From: Takakia lepidozioides
Lineage: Eukaryota > Plantae > Bryophyta
Length of the DNA: 64,000 nt
NCBI GenBank assembly: GCA_030704615.1
Contig: CM060734.1
Coordinates: 24,552,001-24,616,000, forward strand
Direction: 5' to 3'
Both the position numbers and the translations under genes were made by a program. Position 1 is the first letter of the stretch, and each line of letters opens with the position of its first letter. The notes beneath the pieces are model-generated. The model did no database searches. It saw only the letters and a list, made by a program, of their open reading frames with translations, and was not told the origin of the DNA. Positions 1 through 12,685 of the stretch are shown here, piece after piece.

Positions 1-17
1 TTATTTTTCTTTGAAAA

Positions 18-1390
18 GGATGAATTTCGGCGCCGAAATTCATCCAGAGCGAAGACTAAATCGGCACCATGCTATGCTTTGCCGCCATCATTGCCCCTCA
101 CGGATGCTGTCCATGCCTGTTGGACTTGCCATTTCTGGACATTTAACTATAATTTCGGCGCCGAAATTATACTTTATGTGCGGCAACGTCCCGTGCGAAA
201 AAGACCACTTAATGGATACTGTCGGTTTCAAATGAAAAAAACGGCTAAAATACAATTAATTTTGACAGAATGGGTTCAATATGCCGATTTCTCCATTAAA
301 TGCAGAATATTCCTGTTATCTTCGTCGGAAGGGGGTATTTCCAACGATTTACAGAAAATTATATCATCCAGAAGCAAATAGTAAGTGTCGGGTTTGGACG
401 AATTTCGGCGCCGAAATTCATCCGTCGCATAGAAAATGTAATATTAGAGTTACTCATTGCGGACAGTAAGGATGAATTTCGGCGCCGAAATTCATCCTTT
501 TCAAAGAAAAATAAATATTGGAGGGAGGGCATTGGATGAATTTCGGCGCCGAAATCCGGCGCTCAAACCTTGAAAAGAATTTGGAGGGATGGAGTCGGTT
601 GAATTTCGGCGCCGAAATTCATTGCTCGCGAAAAAAAAAAAAATTCGGGAGGACTTCGGATGAATTTCGGCGCCGAAATTCATTGCTCGCGAAGAAAAAT
701 AAAAATCAGGAGGACTTCGGATGAATTTCGGCGCCGAAATTCATTGCTCCCGAAGAAAAAAAAAATTCCGGGAGGACTTCGGATGAATTTCGGCGCCGAA
801 ATTCATTGCTCCCGAAGAAAAAAAAAAAATTCGGGAGGACTTCGGATGAATTTCGGCGCCGAAATTCATTGCTCGCGGAGAAAAAAATAAATTCGGGAGC
901 ACTCTGGATGAATTTCGGCGCCGAAATTCATTGCTCGCGAAGAAAAAGGAAAATTAGAAGGGAGGACTTGGATGAGATTCGGCGCCGAAGTTCATCTGTC
1001 GCAAAGGAAAAAAAAAAAAAAATACTTCAGATGAATGTCGGCGCCGAAATATGGATGAAATGTGCCCAAGTGCAGCCGTTTCCACTGTTCCGGAATTAAT
1101 TCCGGCTCCGATATCCCACTGACAGGTTTGCTCATGACGAATGAGGACTTGGGAAGCGATGAATTGCGGCGCCGAAATTTGTAAGTTTGTGTACGAAAGC
1201 ACTTGAATAGGATGAATTTTGGCGCCGAAATTCATCCGTCCGCTGATGAAACGTACCGACCTGACTGTTGAATGTCATAGGCAGGGGATTTTCATGGTGG
1301 TTGGGTTTCATGATGTGCGGATATTTCATTCAATGTCGGCTGCTCCGGGAACAGCATCCGGTGAACGGAAGGTATTTCGGTGCCGCAATT
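18..1390. repeat. Array of ~15 palindromes GGATGAATTTCGGCGCCGAAATTCATCC; tandem ~62 bp units at ~600-960
   Basis: Perfect 28 bp palindrome at 18-45, variant TATAATTTCGGCGCCGAAATTATA at 148-171, then copies every 60-70 bp from ~397 to ~1050. Confidence 0.95.
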
Positions 1391-1902
1391 CGGATAAACC
1401 ATCTTGTACTGGTGGCTGGAACTGGCACGCGTCGTGTTCCAGTCGACTTCATCCGTGCGAACGTGTCAGGGGTCACAATCTCTTCATCACCCATACGGCA
1501 GAAAGTGGTGGACGGTGGCAACGTTTCGGGAGACGTGGCTGCTTACACATCTGCTCGTGTAGAGTGGTTGCATGTTCCACCGCTTCGCTCTCTCGCTCCT
1601 TGCCCTTCTGCAGTGACATTCTCCTGCGTTTCCTCTCCTTATGCGGCATAGTGGTAGCATAGAGTTTGTGGAAGGTCAGGTGACTCCGGCAAAGAGAAGG
1701 AGGACGCGGGATTTTGGGAAGCCGCCGACGACACGACTTAAGCTCCGTCTCATGCATGAAATGTAGACCTCGTTATCCGGAGACTCGGATCGCCCACCAG
1801 TGAGAGATTCATGCTTTGCGGATGTGAAGCACTCCATACGCAATATTCCTTTTACACCTTTTTTTTTGCGTGCAGTGTCTCATGTTTTCCTGTTTGTTTG
1901 AC

Positions 1903-3556
1903 ATGGGAGCTGGGGAGGGATCGCAGGGGGGCGAAGCAACACAGTCAACTTTGGATACTCCTGCCCGGGTGCTGCGCTCGCAAGGTGGAAGTGCATCGAG
2001 GCAGGCGAGTCCTCATTCAACACCTCAGATATCGCCTCAGAAAAGCCCACCTAGAGTTCGGAAGTCGAGGAAGCAGAAGGAGCCCATGGCTTCGCTAGTA
2101 AAACCCCTAGGGAGACTGGAAGCAGAGATATTGGGTTTGCAGTCAATTTCAAAAAACACGGATGCGGTGGAGGCCGCTGGAGATGTGGGAGTTGGATCTG
2201 CAGAAGGGCGGCCCATTGAGCTGACAGAAGGAGAGGACGACAACGTGGTACGACTTGGCGACGATCAGAACCTGCTGGAGCTTGCGGAGGAGCAAAACCT
2301 CCAGGACATTTCCTTCTCTGCAGACTCTTATCTTTCAGGCATTTTGCTTCGTGAAGAAACATTAGAAATTCAAATTACGTGAAACAGGAAGACTTGTTGA
2401 TTCCATAGTTGATCCACTGGAGTATAACGTCCTGTTCAACCATGTGGGAGAGAAGGACATTCTTTGTGATTTGTCGGGCAAGCCATGGAGGTATGGCAGG
2501 ACCAGGAGTCCTGCATTCATCCCAGACGCTCATGGAAACATGTACGGATGTTGAAGGCAGGGTCCTCGACGTCACTGCAAATACAGGTGAGAACGTTAAT
2601 TGAATGCGGCACCAAAATTGACACCATTTCCGTTTGTGTATGTTTGCTTGTGCGAGGAAGCGACTCATTCTTGAGTTTGGTTGTGGTTGTGTCGTATGAA
2701 TTTGCAGGTGCCTGTATGTGGGCGGGAAGGATGTCGAACCGATTTGTGTTTTCATTTGAGGGGGATACGGCCTTGTACGATTACAATTTGGCGGGCCTTC
2801 AGCGTTTGCCTCCGACTGAGGATCCCAAAAACGCAGAAGATGACGTGGAAGGGGAGGAGGAAGATGAAGAGGAGGAAGTCCAGGAAATTTGTTCGATGCA
2901 GGGGCGCCCGAAGCCGCTTCCCCCAATGCCTGTCTTCGAGTGAGTTGCACCATAGTAAGTGTATTGGTTTCGGTTGTAGGGACCATGCAACCTGCCGATG
3001 ATTCCCTGTTTGAATTCTCTAATGTACTTCATTCTATGTTTGTGCGTACACTAGCCTTGCAGAGTCGTCCGACGAGGAGAAGCTGGGAGACTTGCCCGAA
3101 TCGGACCCTGTTGCAGAGGAAGAGACAGAATCGCATCGGCCATTCTTTGCCAGAAAATCGTTTCTCGCGAGTCCCCAAAAGCCTTTTTTTCTACCAGCCT
3201 ATGCAGACACGGATGCCAGAGAAGCCATCAGCAGGGAGGATAGGCCTACTCGGTTAGAGCAATTGACATACGGGAATGAGCAGAGAATTATAATGAGGCG
3301 TGAGGCCAAACATAGAATTGTGAAAGGCAGAGTAGGGAAGTTCGTAATAGAATCCGCGTCCGAGAGCGAGGGGAATGTTGAGGACACTTCCGCACGCAGG
3401 TGGACAGTTCCGGCTGGTGAGGATGGTATTTTTGAGGGGAGGGCTTCTCAGAGTAATAGCGGTAGCGGCAGTGCAGGTTCGGAGGCAGGTGGAAGGCAGC
3501 CATCCTTGCATGAGGCCGGGGATGCATCGGACAGTGATAGCGGATCCTCACCATAG
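1903..3556 (+). pseudogene. Spliced, acidic/low-complexity gene of unknown function inside the putative DNA transposon; probably degenerate
   Basis: Protein-like ORF blocks (MGAGEGSQGG..., GACMWAGRMSNRF..., SSDEEKLGDLP...). One phase-consistent GT-AG intron at 2587-2707; the other junctions could not be resolved. Confidence 0.4.
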
Positions 3557-4187
3557 CAAAGTCTCATTTGGATCCTTTTGTTGTACAGTTCTGAAACACT
3601 TAATGAAAATATTGACGATTTGAAAAATCATTGTGTTCAGACTGCTTGTCCGATTCCCTACATTTCTTCCGCCAACCAAAATGTATAATAAAAGCAGAAG
3701 AGACGCAAACTTCATTGAAAAACCCTACAAGTAATTTATGCACACCATCGAGCCGAGAACTTGAAGCCATGAAAACCCTGCCGTTTCTAACATTCCTATT
3801 GGGAAATTTGGCGCCGAAATAGTCCAATGCGCGCCTTCGTTATATGGGCCTCAAAAATTCCACGGATGAATTACTGTACCAAAATATCGCGATGGAAGCC
3901 TTCAGCACAAGGCACTTCAGCACATTCCACTTGGGTATTTCGGCGCCCAAATAGCCCGTTCTGCGCCATTAAATACCGCACTATATCACATTTTAAGAGG
4001 TAATTTCGGTGCCGAAATACCCCGGTGGATGTCTTCAAAACACCATTTTAGCACACTGCTCTTCGGAATAATGGCGCCGAAATACCTCATTCCGCATCCT
4101 GGACCAGGAGAAACAGACCCTATTACCGAGGTAAGAGGACATAACACCGTCAATAAAGGCAGGAAAATTCCAATTCCGCGGATGTCC

Positions 4188-4235
4188 GCTCATGAGCTCA
4201 TAGGCTCATGGGCTCATGGGCTCATGCGCTCATGA
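4188..4235. repeat. Six tandem 8-mers GCTCATRN next to the putative transposon terminus
   Basis: gctcatga gctcatag gctcatgg gctcatgg gctcatgc gctcatga. Confidence 0.9.
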
Positions 4236-4247
4236 AATAGTAAACCT

Positions 4248-5738
4248 CGCAGCGAGCCTCTGCTCTAGCTGCTGAAGCCGGTTGGCCATGCCTTGATCAA
4301 CACCCTGACCTCCGCGTCCTTGGCCATGTTGAGCTTGCCCTTGGCCTGCACCTTGTGCCCGACCAACTCGTCCTCTCTGGGCTGGTCCACCTCGCCCCCG
4401 GCCACCATTGTTCCCTTGGAACTGGCCTGGGCGCAACTCAGGATGCAAGTCATAACACTGGGCATCTCCATGCCCATACTTGCCACAATGCCCACACTGC
4501 AACTGTGCAGGCTGTGCTTGTGCCGGCCTTCTGCCACTCTCTGGGCAATCTCTCTTGACATGGGGTCCTCCACATGTCCAACATATCACCCCTGGTTGCT
4601 GTTGGCATGCAAAAGATGCCACGGGCCTCTGCACCTGAGGTCCCCTGTAAGCTCCATGGAACTTGGGTTGGGAAACCTTGCCCCCCTGACCACGCTGCTG
4701 GGTAGTACCTTGTGCCTGTGGGCTGGCAGCTGCGCCTCGTGCAGGCATGTCCTTGCCAAATCCAATGGTGACAACTCGCTCCTCCACCATGTTGAGCTCA
4801 ATCCGCTCAGCCAGCAGAAACACATCTGCTAATGTGGGTTGGGCTGCTTGTAACAAGGTTGGATCTCGCACCCTTCTCTTGAGCTCCTTGTCCAGAATTC
4901 CATACCAAAACTGGATTGCCTGAGCTTCAGTAACCCCTTGGGTCACACTTATCAAGCGCCTCATACGAGTGTACGCCTCTCGCAGGCTCTTACTGGGTTT
5001 GCGCTGGAAGTCTTGCAAACTTCGCAGCTTCTCTGTCCGTACACCTTGGTAGTTCCTCCGCAACTCCTGGAAGAACTCCACCACCGGGTTGAATCTAGGC
5101 ACATGTGTTGTAGTAGTGGCAGGAGGAGTAGTAGCACCTTTTGAACTGGTACCACCAACAGAAGTACCAGCACTACTTGCTCCACTACTAGTGCTGGCAG
5201 TGGGAGCTATTGGTACTGATGCAGCTACTGGTCGCGTCGTGCCTCGAGTAATGGAGACGTAGTCAGGTGACCAATACATCATCCACTCCTCAATCTTTGC
5301 TTCATGTCCTCGCCGGAACTCGTGGTAATCGTCCATAGGCGGGCCTTCCAAATGCTGGAACAGTCCCTTCCACGCCATGAATGGGGTGAATAGCTGTGGA
5401 TTGCGCATCTGCTGCAAATCACACCAGCTGTCGAACTCCTAGATAAAGTCATCCAACTCGATTGTGCCCACAGCTCCAGAGTACCTACGAGGCCCCTTGG
5501 TAGCTCCATACATCTCCTCCATGTCGTCCCACAACAATGGCGAATGAAAGTGCACACCTGTTGATGAAGCCTCCGAGTCTGTGTCTGACTCTACAGTAAT
5601 TGAGGGTGGCGGTGAAGGTGGTCTGAACCGAATACCTCGTCTTGTGAACCCACTCTCACTGTTACTACCTGTAGCCGTACTCCCCTCAAAACCCTTGGGT
5701 AACTCCGTAATGACACTCACAATGTGCACCTCCTCCAC
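4248..5738 (-). pseudogene. gag: Retrotransposon Gag with two CCHC zinc knuckles, one in-frame stop, 3'-truncated
   Basis: CWTCGGPHVKRDC and CGHCGKYGHGDAQC knuckles; capsid-like LQDFQRKPSKSLREAYTRM. ORFs 5439..5738 and 4230..5417 are in one frame, separated by TAG at 5439-5441. Confidence 0.85.
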
Positions 5739-6257
5739 GTGACACTATAAGGCTCTAGTACTAATCTAATAGTGACACGGGTGGGCACCTGTTGCAGTCT
5801 AAGGGTCATATCCCAATGGCTCAGGGCACCTGCACCTGCATCCACCGCAAGAACTCCTATGGTTGGCTGGTCATCAACCCAGCCTCACCATAGAAAAAAC
5901 ACTGGTGGTCTTGCTGGTCATCACTCCAGCCTCACCACCGACAGCATACTCTAGGATTGACCGGTGATCAAATCCGGCCTAATCCCTATGAAAGCAAGCG
6001 CCCACACAAAACCAACATGGCGCACAGTCAAGCATGCAGGTGTTGGGGGGGATCCAAACACAAGAAATCAAAACATCAACACCCCCACACCAAAATCCAG
6101 CTGCAATGCTGATCCTGCAGAATATCCCAGCCCAAAACCCCGGACTGACTAGCCTCCACCAAGAGAGGCTTTGGCAACTACGAGTACAAGGTAATGAAAA
6201 TAGTACAGAGATGGAGGGGAAGAATAGAAGCCCGCCCAAGCAAGATCTAATCCTGAT

Positions 6258-7007
6258 CTATGCTATCAACTTCCAGACTTCTCTCAAAGTGCCTCGCTCT
6301 GCGTGATGGTAAGGTGTAGGAGGTATATCTATGTCCAGAAACCTGCCACTAACCTTGTCCCAAGCTACAGTAGCTCGCTCTAACCAACCCTCCTCCTCTT
6401 TCTGCCAGGTAAAGACAAAGCAATACTCCCCTATCTCCCGCTCACTGAACACTAAAGAAAACAAAGGTAGGGTCTGATAGTCTCTCAACTCGAAAGCTTT
6501 GAGATGGTTGCGGGTGTCCTCATTGCGAATGACTGCATCTCCTTCATGCACAACAAACATGTCATTGCTGATGAACCCCCGCTCGTGGTTGCCCTGTGCA
6601 GAGCGTATCCGGCTGCAACCATGTCTGATTGCACAAACTTGTGTAGCTCCTGCTCCTCTGCTCCAGTACACCACGGCCTTGTGACTGAACACCTTGGTCC
6701 CCGGGGCTGTCTTTGGCTGTGTTCCAAGCCTAGCTTTCACCCACTTTGGTATTTCACCTACAGCTGCAGAACTGCTGGCTCCAACAGAGTTCTGACTGTC
6801 CAAGGCGATATTGAGGCCCTCAATGCCAACTACAGCAGTCTGTTGTCTACTGCTAATGCCTGACTCCCAGTATGCAATCAACTCGTCCAACTGTTCTCCA
6901 CTCAAATCAGTCTGAGTTCCTTGGGAAATATAAATCCTGTCCCCTTGTGTGCACAGACTAAGAGAAGAGACCTGCCCTTCAATTACGTCCTCATTTCCCC
7001 CAGCCAT
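6258..7007 (-). CDS. 249 aa hypothetical protein upstream of gag (extra 5' ORF)
   Basis: ATG-initiated uninterrupted ORF with globular-looking composition, same strand as gag and ~520 bp upstream of it. Confidence 0.5.
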   Translation of the reverse strand: MAGGNEDVIEGQVSSLSLCTQGDRIYISQGTQTDLSGEQLDELIAYWESGISSRQQTAVVGIEGLNIALDSQNSVGASSSAAVGEIPKWVKARLGTQPKTAPGTKVFSHKAVVYWSRGAGATQVCAIRHGCSRIRSAQGNHERGFISNDMFVVHEGDAVIRNEDTRNHLKAFELRDYQTLPLFSLVFSEREIGEYCFVFTWQKEEEGWLERATVAWDKVSGRFLDIDIPPTPYHHAERGTLREVWKLIA

Positions 7008-9629
7008 GCAAGGAGTACATCTACCAATTTGTCTCTCATATAGACCAGCACAGGTTCTAGAGACAGGATTGTGGATCTTTCATGGCACACTCACACTCTA
7101 AAAATTCCATAGATTTTTAGCAGAGTCCCCAAAACAGAAACCAGGTTTAGATAGGTAGATTTCCCCTTTTTGCAACTATCCCCCCAAAAACTGGGTCAAA
7201 CAGAGTCCATTTGACAAAGATATGATGAATTTGGCTCCAAATCATTCAAATTAGATTAAAAAGGGGTTTTTTTTATTTTTTTTTATTTTTTTAAAGGTTT
7301 TCAAGTTTAAAAATTCAAAGTTACACCCAAAATATCTGGTAACTGGTTCCCGGTTCCCTAAGTTCTATATGGCATCCTAGGTTCCCTGGCCACGTGCCTG
7401 CTGTTCCCCTCCATTTCATTTGAGTTCAACAGCTCACCATGCTTTGGAATCCCAACCGTCTTCTACCACAAACCGTGGTGACGATGGAGGTCGTGAAGCG
7501 ATTCTTCCCAGTGAACCCTCGAGAGACGAGTCCCCTGCGCACTTGATATACACTCTCTTAATAGAGATCAAAATCAGCAAGGAGACACCATTGACGACAC
7601 CCAGAGATCAGAGACAAGTACTTGCGCAGTTCGGAGGCCACAACATCCCCTCTGGACACTGAGCGGGGAATAGCTGCTACACAGCAGCTCAGTCTATTGT
7701 CAGCTCCTATACCTACTAGCTTCCTGCCCCTGCCCCTCTTTCTTCACAACAAGATTGACCGTGGATATGCGGAGAGGTGGTCTGCCTGGGATCACCATGA
7801 AATTGCACAGATCGGGAATATCTGGTCGGCATCAGCACTATAGTGCCAGGGCACATAAACCAGATTGTAGGAACAGCCAGAGGAAATGCAGGTTATGCCA
7901 GCATCATCCAGACCATCTTTGCATCTTGGATATGAATCCTCCAGCAGGGGCCGTTGCCTCCATTGCCCGACACTTGGGTTACATGCTCAGCCAGACCTAA
8001 TCAGGTCATTTCCGTGATAGATTTCAGCGGCATTCAAATCACTGGCCTCGCTATGCATTGCTGCCCTCAATCAAACATCCTGCAAAGCTGTCACACACGA
8101 TGCAAAGCTGGCTGTCTTTCTCTGGCAGATCGCACATAGAATTCTAAAGGTAGGGCGTTGGCTTCAATTCACCCGTGCACTGCTCTGCTTATGCTGCTCG
8201 CTTGGGGTTTCAGAATCTCTGGAACACTGCCTACTGCCATGCAACATACCTTCAAAAATCTGGCCCAAAATTCACTGGCTGCTCGGACACTGGCATGACC
8301 AAACCTCTTTAACTCCAATCAGCCTGCTACTGAATTACGATCCCATCACCAAGCAAAATCTATCCCAATGCCCAGTTGAGCTGCCAGTCTCGCATTCACT
8401 TTCCCCACCAAGGCAGCTGCAGTACACTAACTGTCTTAGCTCCCTCCATGACAACCTCCCGCATTTGGGCAAGTTCAGCTTCACGGACCTCCCAGCAACT
8501 TAGCAGCTGCTTCAGGTCATGGTCCTAGCTAGCGCATGCTGGGCTGCAACCATTGCAGGTCCTTATCATGTAGAAACCCCTTCACTGCTCTCTTTCCATC
8601 TCCTGACGCCATGCTCCATCCTCCAGCCACTTCACTTGTTTCAGGCACCCAGGTCCCTATGGGCAGGTCACATGCTCATGTGCCAGCCAGAACAGTGACA
8701 TTCGACCCCTTCGTCTTCAGGAACAAGCTGGTAGCTTCCTTGATGTCATCAGTTTCCTGGACACTTAAACGGCAGTATGGTCGCCACCTCTGATTGAGGC
8801 AGTAGTGGTGACAAAAGGAGAAGGGAACACAGGGAAAGAGCGAGGAAAAATAAGGGCGGAGAACTGCTCATGTCAAAAGGTCAAAGCCAAAGAGGTCGAA
8901 ACATTGTGCGAAGGGGGACTGTGTTTCTGCTGCCCTCTCCCACTTCAGCGCAACATTCAGCGTCCAGAGAGTGAAGTCCCTCTTTAAGGTAGACCTCCAC
9001 GGTAAAGAAGATGAAATGCCCGCCACTTTCTATCAGCTTTCTGTCTTCGCATATGACTCCTATCCCAAAGTGCAGGCCTGTCGTGCGGACCTCAATCCAG
9101 ACCAGCTTCCATTCGATCCACTCGCTTCCACCACACAGCTGAAGTCATCCAGTTCGAGCCGCATATCAACAGCCTGAACGGGCTGTTCCCCTTGCTGTAG
9201 AGATACTCGAGCGACCAAGAGCCGCCACCATCAACCAGACCCTTGCCGCCACAGCCGCTGGCTCTACCTGGACTCCCATTCACTGCTGCCCCATTCGCTG
9301 CTCCCATTCACCGCAGCGGGCTCTATGGGGCCTTGACATCACACCACCAGCTGCCATCGACATATCCTCCGCAGACGGGCGACGCCCTTACAGTGGAAGC
9401 ACACCTCGCCAATGCCAACAGAAATATGGGCAGACCACCATTACTCTCTCTTCTACCACACCATTGCGACTGAAGATGTGAGACGAACTCAAGCTAGAGC
9501 CGTTCTATGCTCATTGCTTGAGCTGCGTACAAGACCATGACCATCTATATTATAATAGTGCTTAAAAAAAACAAAAACATCATATCTAGCTTAGCACTGG
9601 AAAACTAGATAGAGCTCATCTCTCTCGAG

Positions 9630-9986
9630 TGATAACCAAACTAGAAAAGGACACACACTCTCAACACAAGAAATATGCAATCCCTCAACATCACTCTTTA
9701 AGATAATAGTCGAGCCAGGGGCACCCCAAGCTATGGGGACTCCACCCCACAACAACCTACACTCCCATCATAAGCACACTCAGATCTGAAGAATGCAGGA
9801 GCTCGGTCGCGCAGGCTCAACTCGAGAGAGATGAGCCGCGCGACTGCCGCTCTCGTGAAGATAAGACGGACCAGGTGTCAAACTAAACTTGACACCTGAT
9901 TTAACACTTGACCTAAATCCAAGTGTTAAATACAAATAACTAGTTTTATTCTAGCTGTTTTCACACTGTGCTTATTTAACTTGACA
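9630..9986 (-). repeat. Putative 5' LTR (357 bp, TG...CA) of the minus-strand element
   Basis: Minus strand reads TGTCAAG...GGTTATCA and is followed directly by a 16 nt sequence complementary to the LTR interior. The partner LTR is not in the window. Confidence 0.5.
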
Positions 9987-11730
9987 AATCTGTCGCAATG
10001 AGGATACTTTCAAGCAATACAGGCAGATTGAAGCTGATCAAAAGAAGCACATCGTGGAGTTGCAACAAACCATCATGGCCAATAGAAATGAAATCGCGGT
10101 CAATAACAAGGCTTGGAGGGAAGCTAATAATCTGGCTGCTGCCTATGCAAAGTTGGTTGAACCTCATGCGAAGCGCATGGAGGCTCTACAATAGCAGTTA
10201 GATGTGTTCAAACAAAGAGAGGAGCACACTCTCAGAGGAACAACAAGCAACTTGGTGGATAACCACCTTATGCAGGTCTGGTTAGCACAAGGGCCAGTGG
10301 AGGGCAAAACACCACGAAAGCTCACCCAAAGCGAGATGAATGAGCTCAGGCTGCAGGTGCAGAACATTGCCACAACTACTATAGACAATGTCTATAGTAG
10401 GATAGCAGAGTTACAGGAGGATGTAGACGGACTGCAGACTCAAGTGGAGGACCTCACTTCAAACATCGACAAAAGAGTTTATATCCCTTAGGAACAGCTA
10501 ATGGCTTCTTATTTACAAGCCAGAACTTTGGCTTTTCAGTCTTCACAGGAGGTGCAGGAGATGCCAATGATACAAGAGCCAGTACCACCAACACCACAAC
10601 AAGTCACTGTACCTGTAGCTGAACCTGTTGTTACTACAACCACACCACAGCCACCACAGCCTGAGGTATGGGGCAATGCTGCTTTTAACCCACCTAAAAC
10701 TCCAGCTGCAAGGGAGTACAGTAGGGCTATGATTATGCCCTTCAACCAAATTCCCATCATGTTGGATTTGGCTTGGAAAGAATTTAGTCCTCCGCAGTCA
10801 TTCGCACATTACTACCAAATCATGCGTATTTGGCTGCCAGTGGCAACAAGGACTAAAGTTCTTCCGAACAATCGACATATTGAGGATCATCACTTTGCAC
10901 AGTACTGGCACGAGGCAGGTACCATGTTGAGGGAATTAATTGCTTTCCAGGTTGTACATTGACTCATTTATACCAAGACCAAGGAGGTAGCAAGTATTGT
11001 CATGGGATGCGGGTTATACTACGTTGCTTGTTTTCTGGCACGTTATCACATTGAGCAGCAAAAGATGCAAGCACGCTTTCTGAGTTATTCCAGTGGGGAT
11101 CATTGGGTATTACCTTCGGTGCCACCTCATATGTACCTATATGACCCAAAAGTTATGATGCAAAAGGATTCTCAAATTCGTTCATGGTTTCAAGCGGCCT
11201 GGAACAATTTGTCAACACAGAAATTCGGCATTGATGATATTTTCTATAAGGGACATGTGGCATGGAAATACTTGCACGCTATTCCAGTAATTGGTACCCC
11301 ACTCACCTGGACAGACAAGGAGCTCAGTGTCTACACCAATTTTGCTGTTCAGCGATTACAGCAGGTTGTCAAATATAAACTTCCAGACATGGTAGGACAA
11401 CATTGTATGCCCCAGAGGATTCCACAAAAAGTTCGAAAATTAAAACACCTGAGAGGCGATGAGGATTCTGATACAACTGTTTCTTCACCGAATTCTTTTG
11501 ACATGGGAGAAGACTATGCAATTCAGATGGCAGAGAAGAAGCGACGGGGGTCTCCTATGCCTGAAAGGTTATCTCAATATCAGCCTCCAGAGGGCCTCAC
11601 TTATCCAGGTAGTGATCAACCATCTCCATCAACCAGAGACAGACCTCGAGCTCGTACACACATTCCGCCACGAAACTCTCAACGTCAGAAAGGTGCTCAC
11701 TCGCAAAGGTTTGCTAATCGCAATCAGTAA
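9987..11730 (+). pseudogene. 3' extra ORF of copy A (C-terminal ~580 codons, three in-frame stops)
   Basis: ORFs 10204..10491, 10501..10962 and 11002..11730 share one frame and match the copy B and C ORFs. Confidence 0.85.
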
Positions 11731-11752
11731 ATCGTGAGGGGGGAAGGGGTAA

Positions 11753-12685
11753 TGTTAGAGGACTGTCTGGGACTTAGACACTTATACGGGATCTGTAGGG
11801 TACCCTTAATTTTTGCACAGACTGAGACCAACAGGAGCCTTAGGGGTGACAACAGCGCACTGTAGAGGGGGGTTACACAGCCCGTCACAGCCCACACAGC
11901 CGTCACAGTCGTCACAGCCCACACAGCCAACACAGCCCGTCACAGTCGTCACAGCCGACACAGCCAACACAGCCCGTCACAGTCGCACAGCCAGTCACAG
12001 CCCGTCACAGTTTCACACAGCCAGTCACAGCTTGACACAGCTGTCACGACCATAGGGAACGGAGAGCAGGACAGGGAACGACTGTGGGGAACAACACCTG
12101 CAAATGGAACATGTTAGTTCACGGACGACGGTTAGTGAGGAAAACGGTTAGAGCCACGGGTAGGAAGAAAAAGGGAGAAGCAAGGACGGAATAGGGGGAT
12201 TCTGGGAAGCACGGAAGGGGGAGGACTTCGGGGTCATGCATGGGAGGAGATCGGAAGCCAAGATGGAGAGCGCGGTGAAGGAGGAAAGAGGATTAGTAGA
12301 TGCTCGTTATATGCAAAGCGGTAGTGATATAGTAGAGCAGATTAGAGACACAATGGCTTCGGCCTGATACCTGATAAATCCTAATCGGATACTTATACGA
12401 TACAATCACACTGTGTAGAGAGATCTGAGTGAAGCTGTGGAATGAATGGATGAGTTGATGGAATCCAATAGATTGATAAAGCAAACTGATACTTTATTTT
12501 CAATGGTAAGGTAGCTAACATGAATGCCAAAAGGAAAACAAATAGGAAACACCCCCATGATACACTAGCTGTAGGTCATGACTGATTGTTCTGCGCGGGC
12601 TGAGTACTTAGAGATTTCCAACTCTTCTATCTTGGAGTTTCCGCCTCGGATAGCGAAGGGATGGGTGAGTAAAAGCAGCGCGACA
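11753..12685 (+). repeat. 3' LTR of copy A (933 bp, type 1) with CACAGC tandem array
   Basis: TGTTAGAGG...CGCGACA; homologous to the four other LTRs. Confidence 0.95.

Larger units (their letters stand above)
1..4247. mobile_element. Right part of a putative DNA transposon (possibly MULE-like) inserted into a retrotransposon gag; left end outside window
   Basis: The same palindromic motif clusters at 18-1390 and again at 3800-4085. The sequence ends ...CATGAAATAGTAAACC(T) exactly where the minus-strand gag is cut off. No transposase or TSD is visible. Confidence 0.5.
4248..9986 (-). mobile_element. 5' part of a minus-strand LTR retrotransposon inserted into gypsy copy A
   Basis: The minus strand starts TGTCAAG at 9986, exactly where homology to the 3' ORF of copy C begins (9987 aatctgtcgc). 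A gag lies downstream on the same strand. The interval may itself be nested. Confidence 0.6.
9987..12685 (+). mobile_element. Gypsy family copy A: 3' part of the extra ORF, PPT and 3' LTR
   Basis: Near-identical to ~58797-61505. PPT GAGGGGGGAAGGGG at ~11736-11749; flanking 5-mer CTTAC. Confidence 0.93.

Noticed and set aside
397-1050. CRISPR-like array (palindromic ~26 bp repeats with ~36 bp spacers)
   Set aside because: Most spacers are copies of each other, there are no cas genes and the context is eukaryotic. Better explained as transposon subterminal repeats.
7750-9470. Possible degraded minus-strand coding region
   Set aside because: Only short protein-like stretches with many stops; no domain can be assigned.
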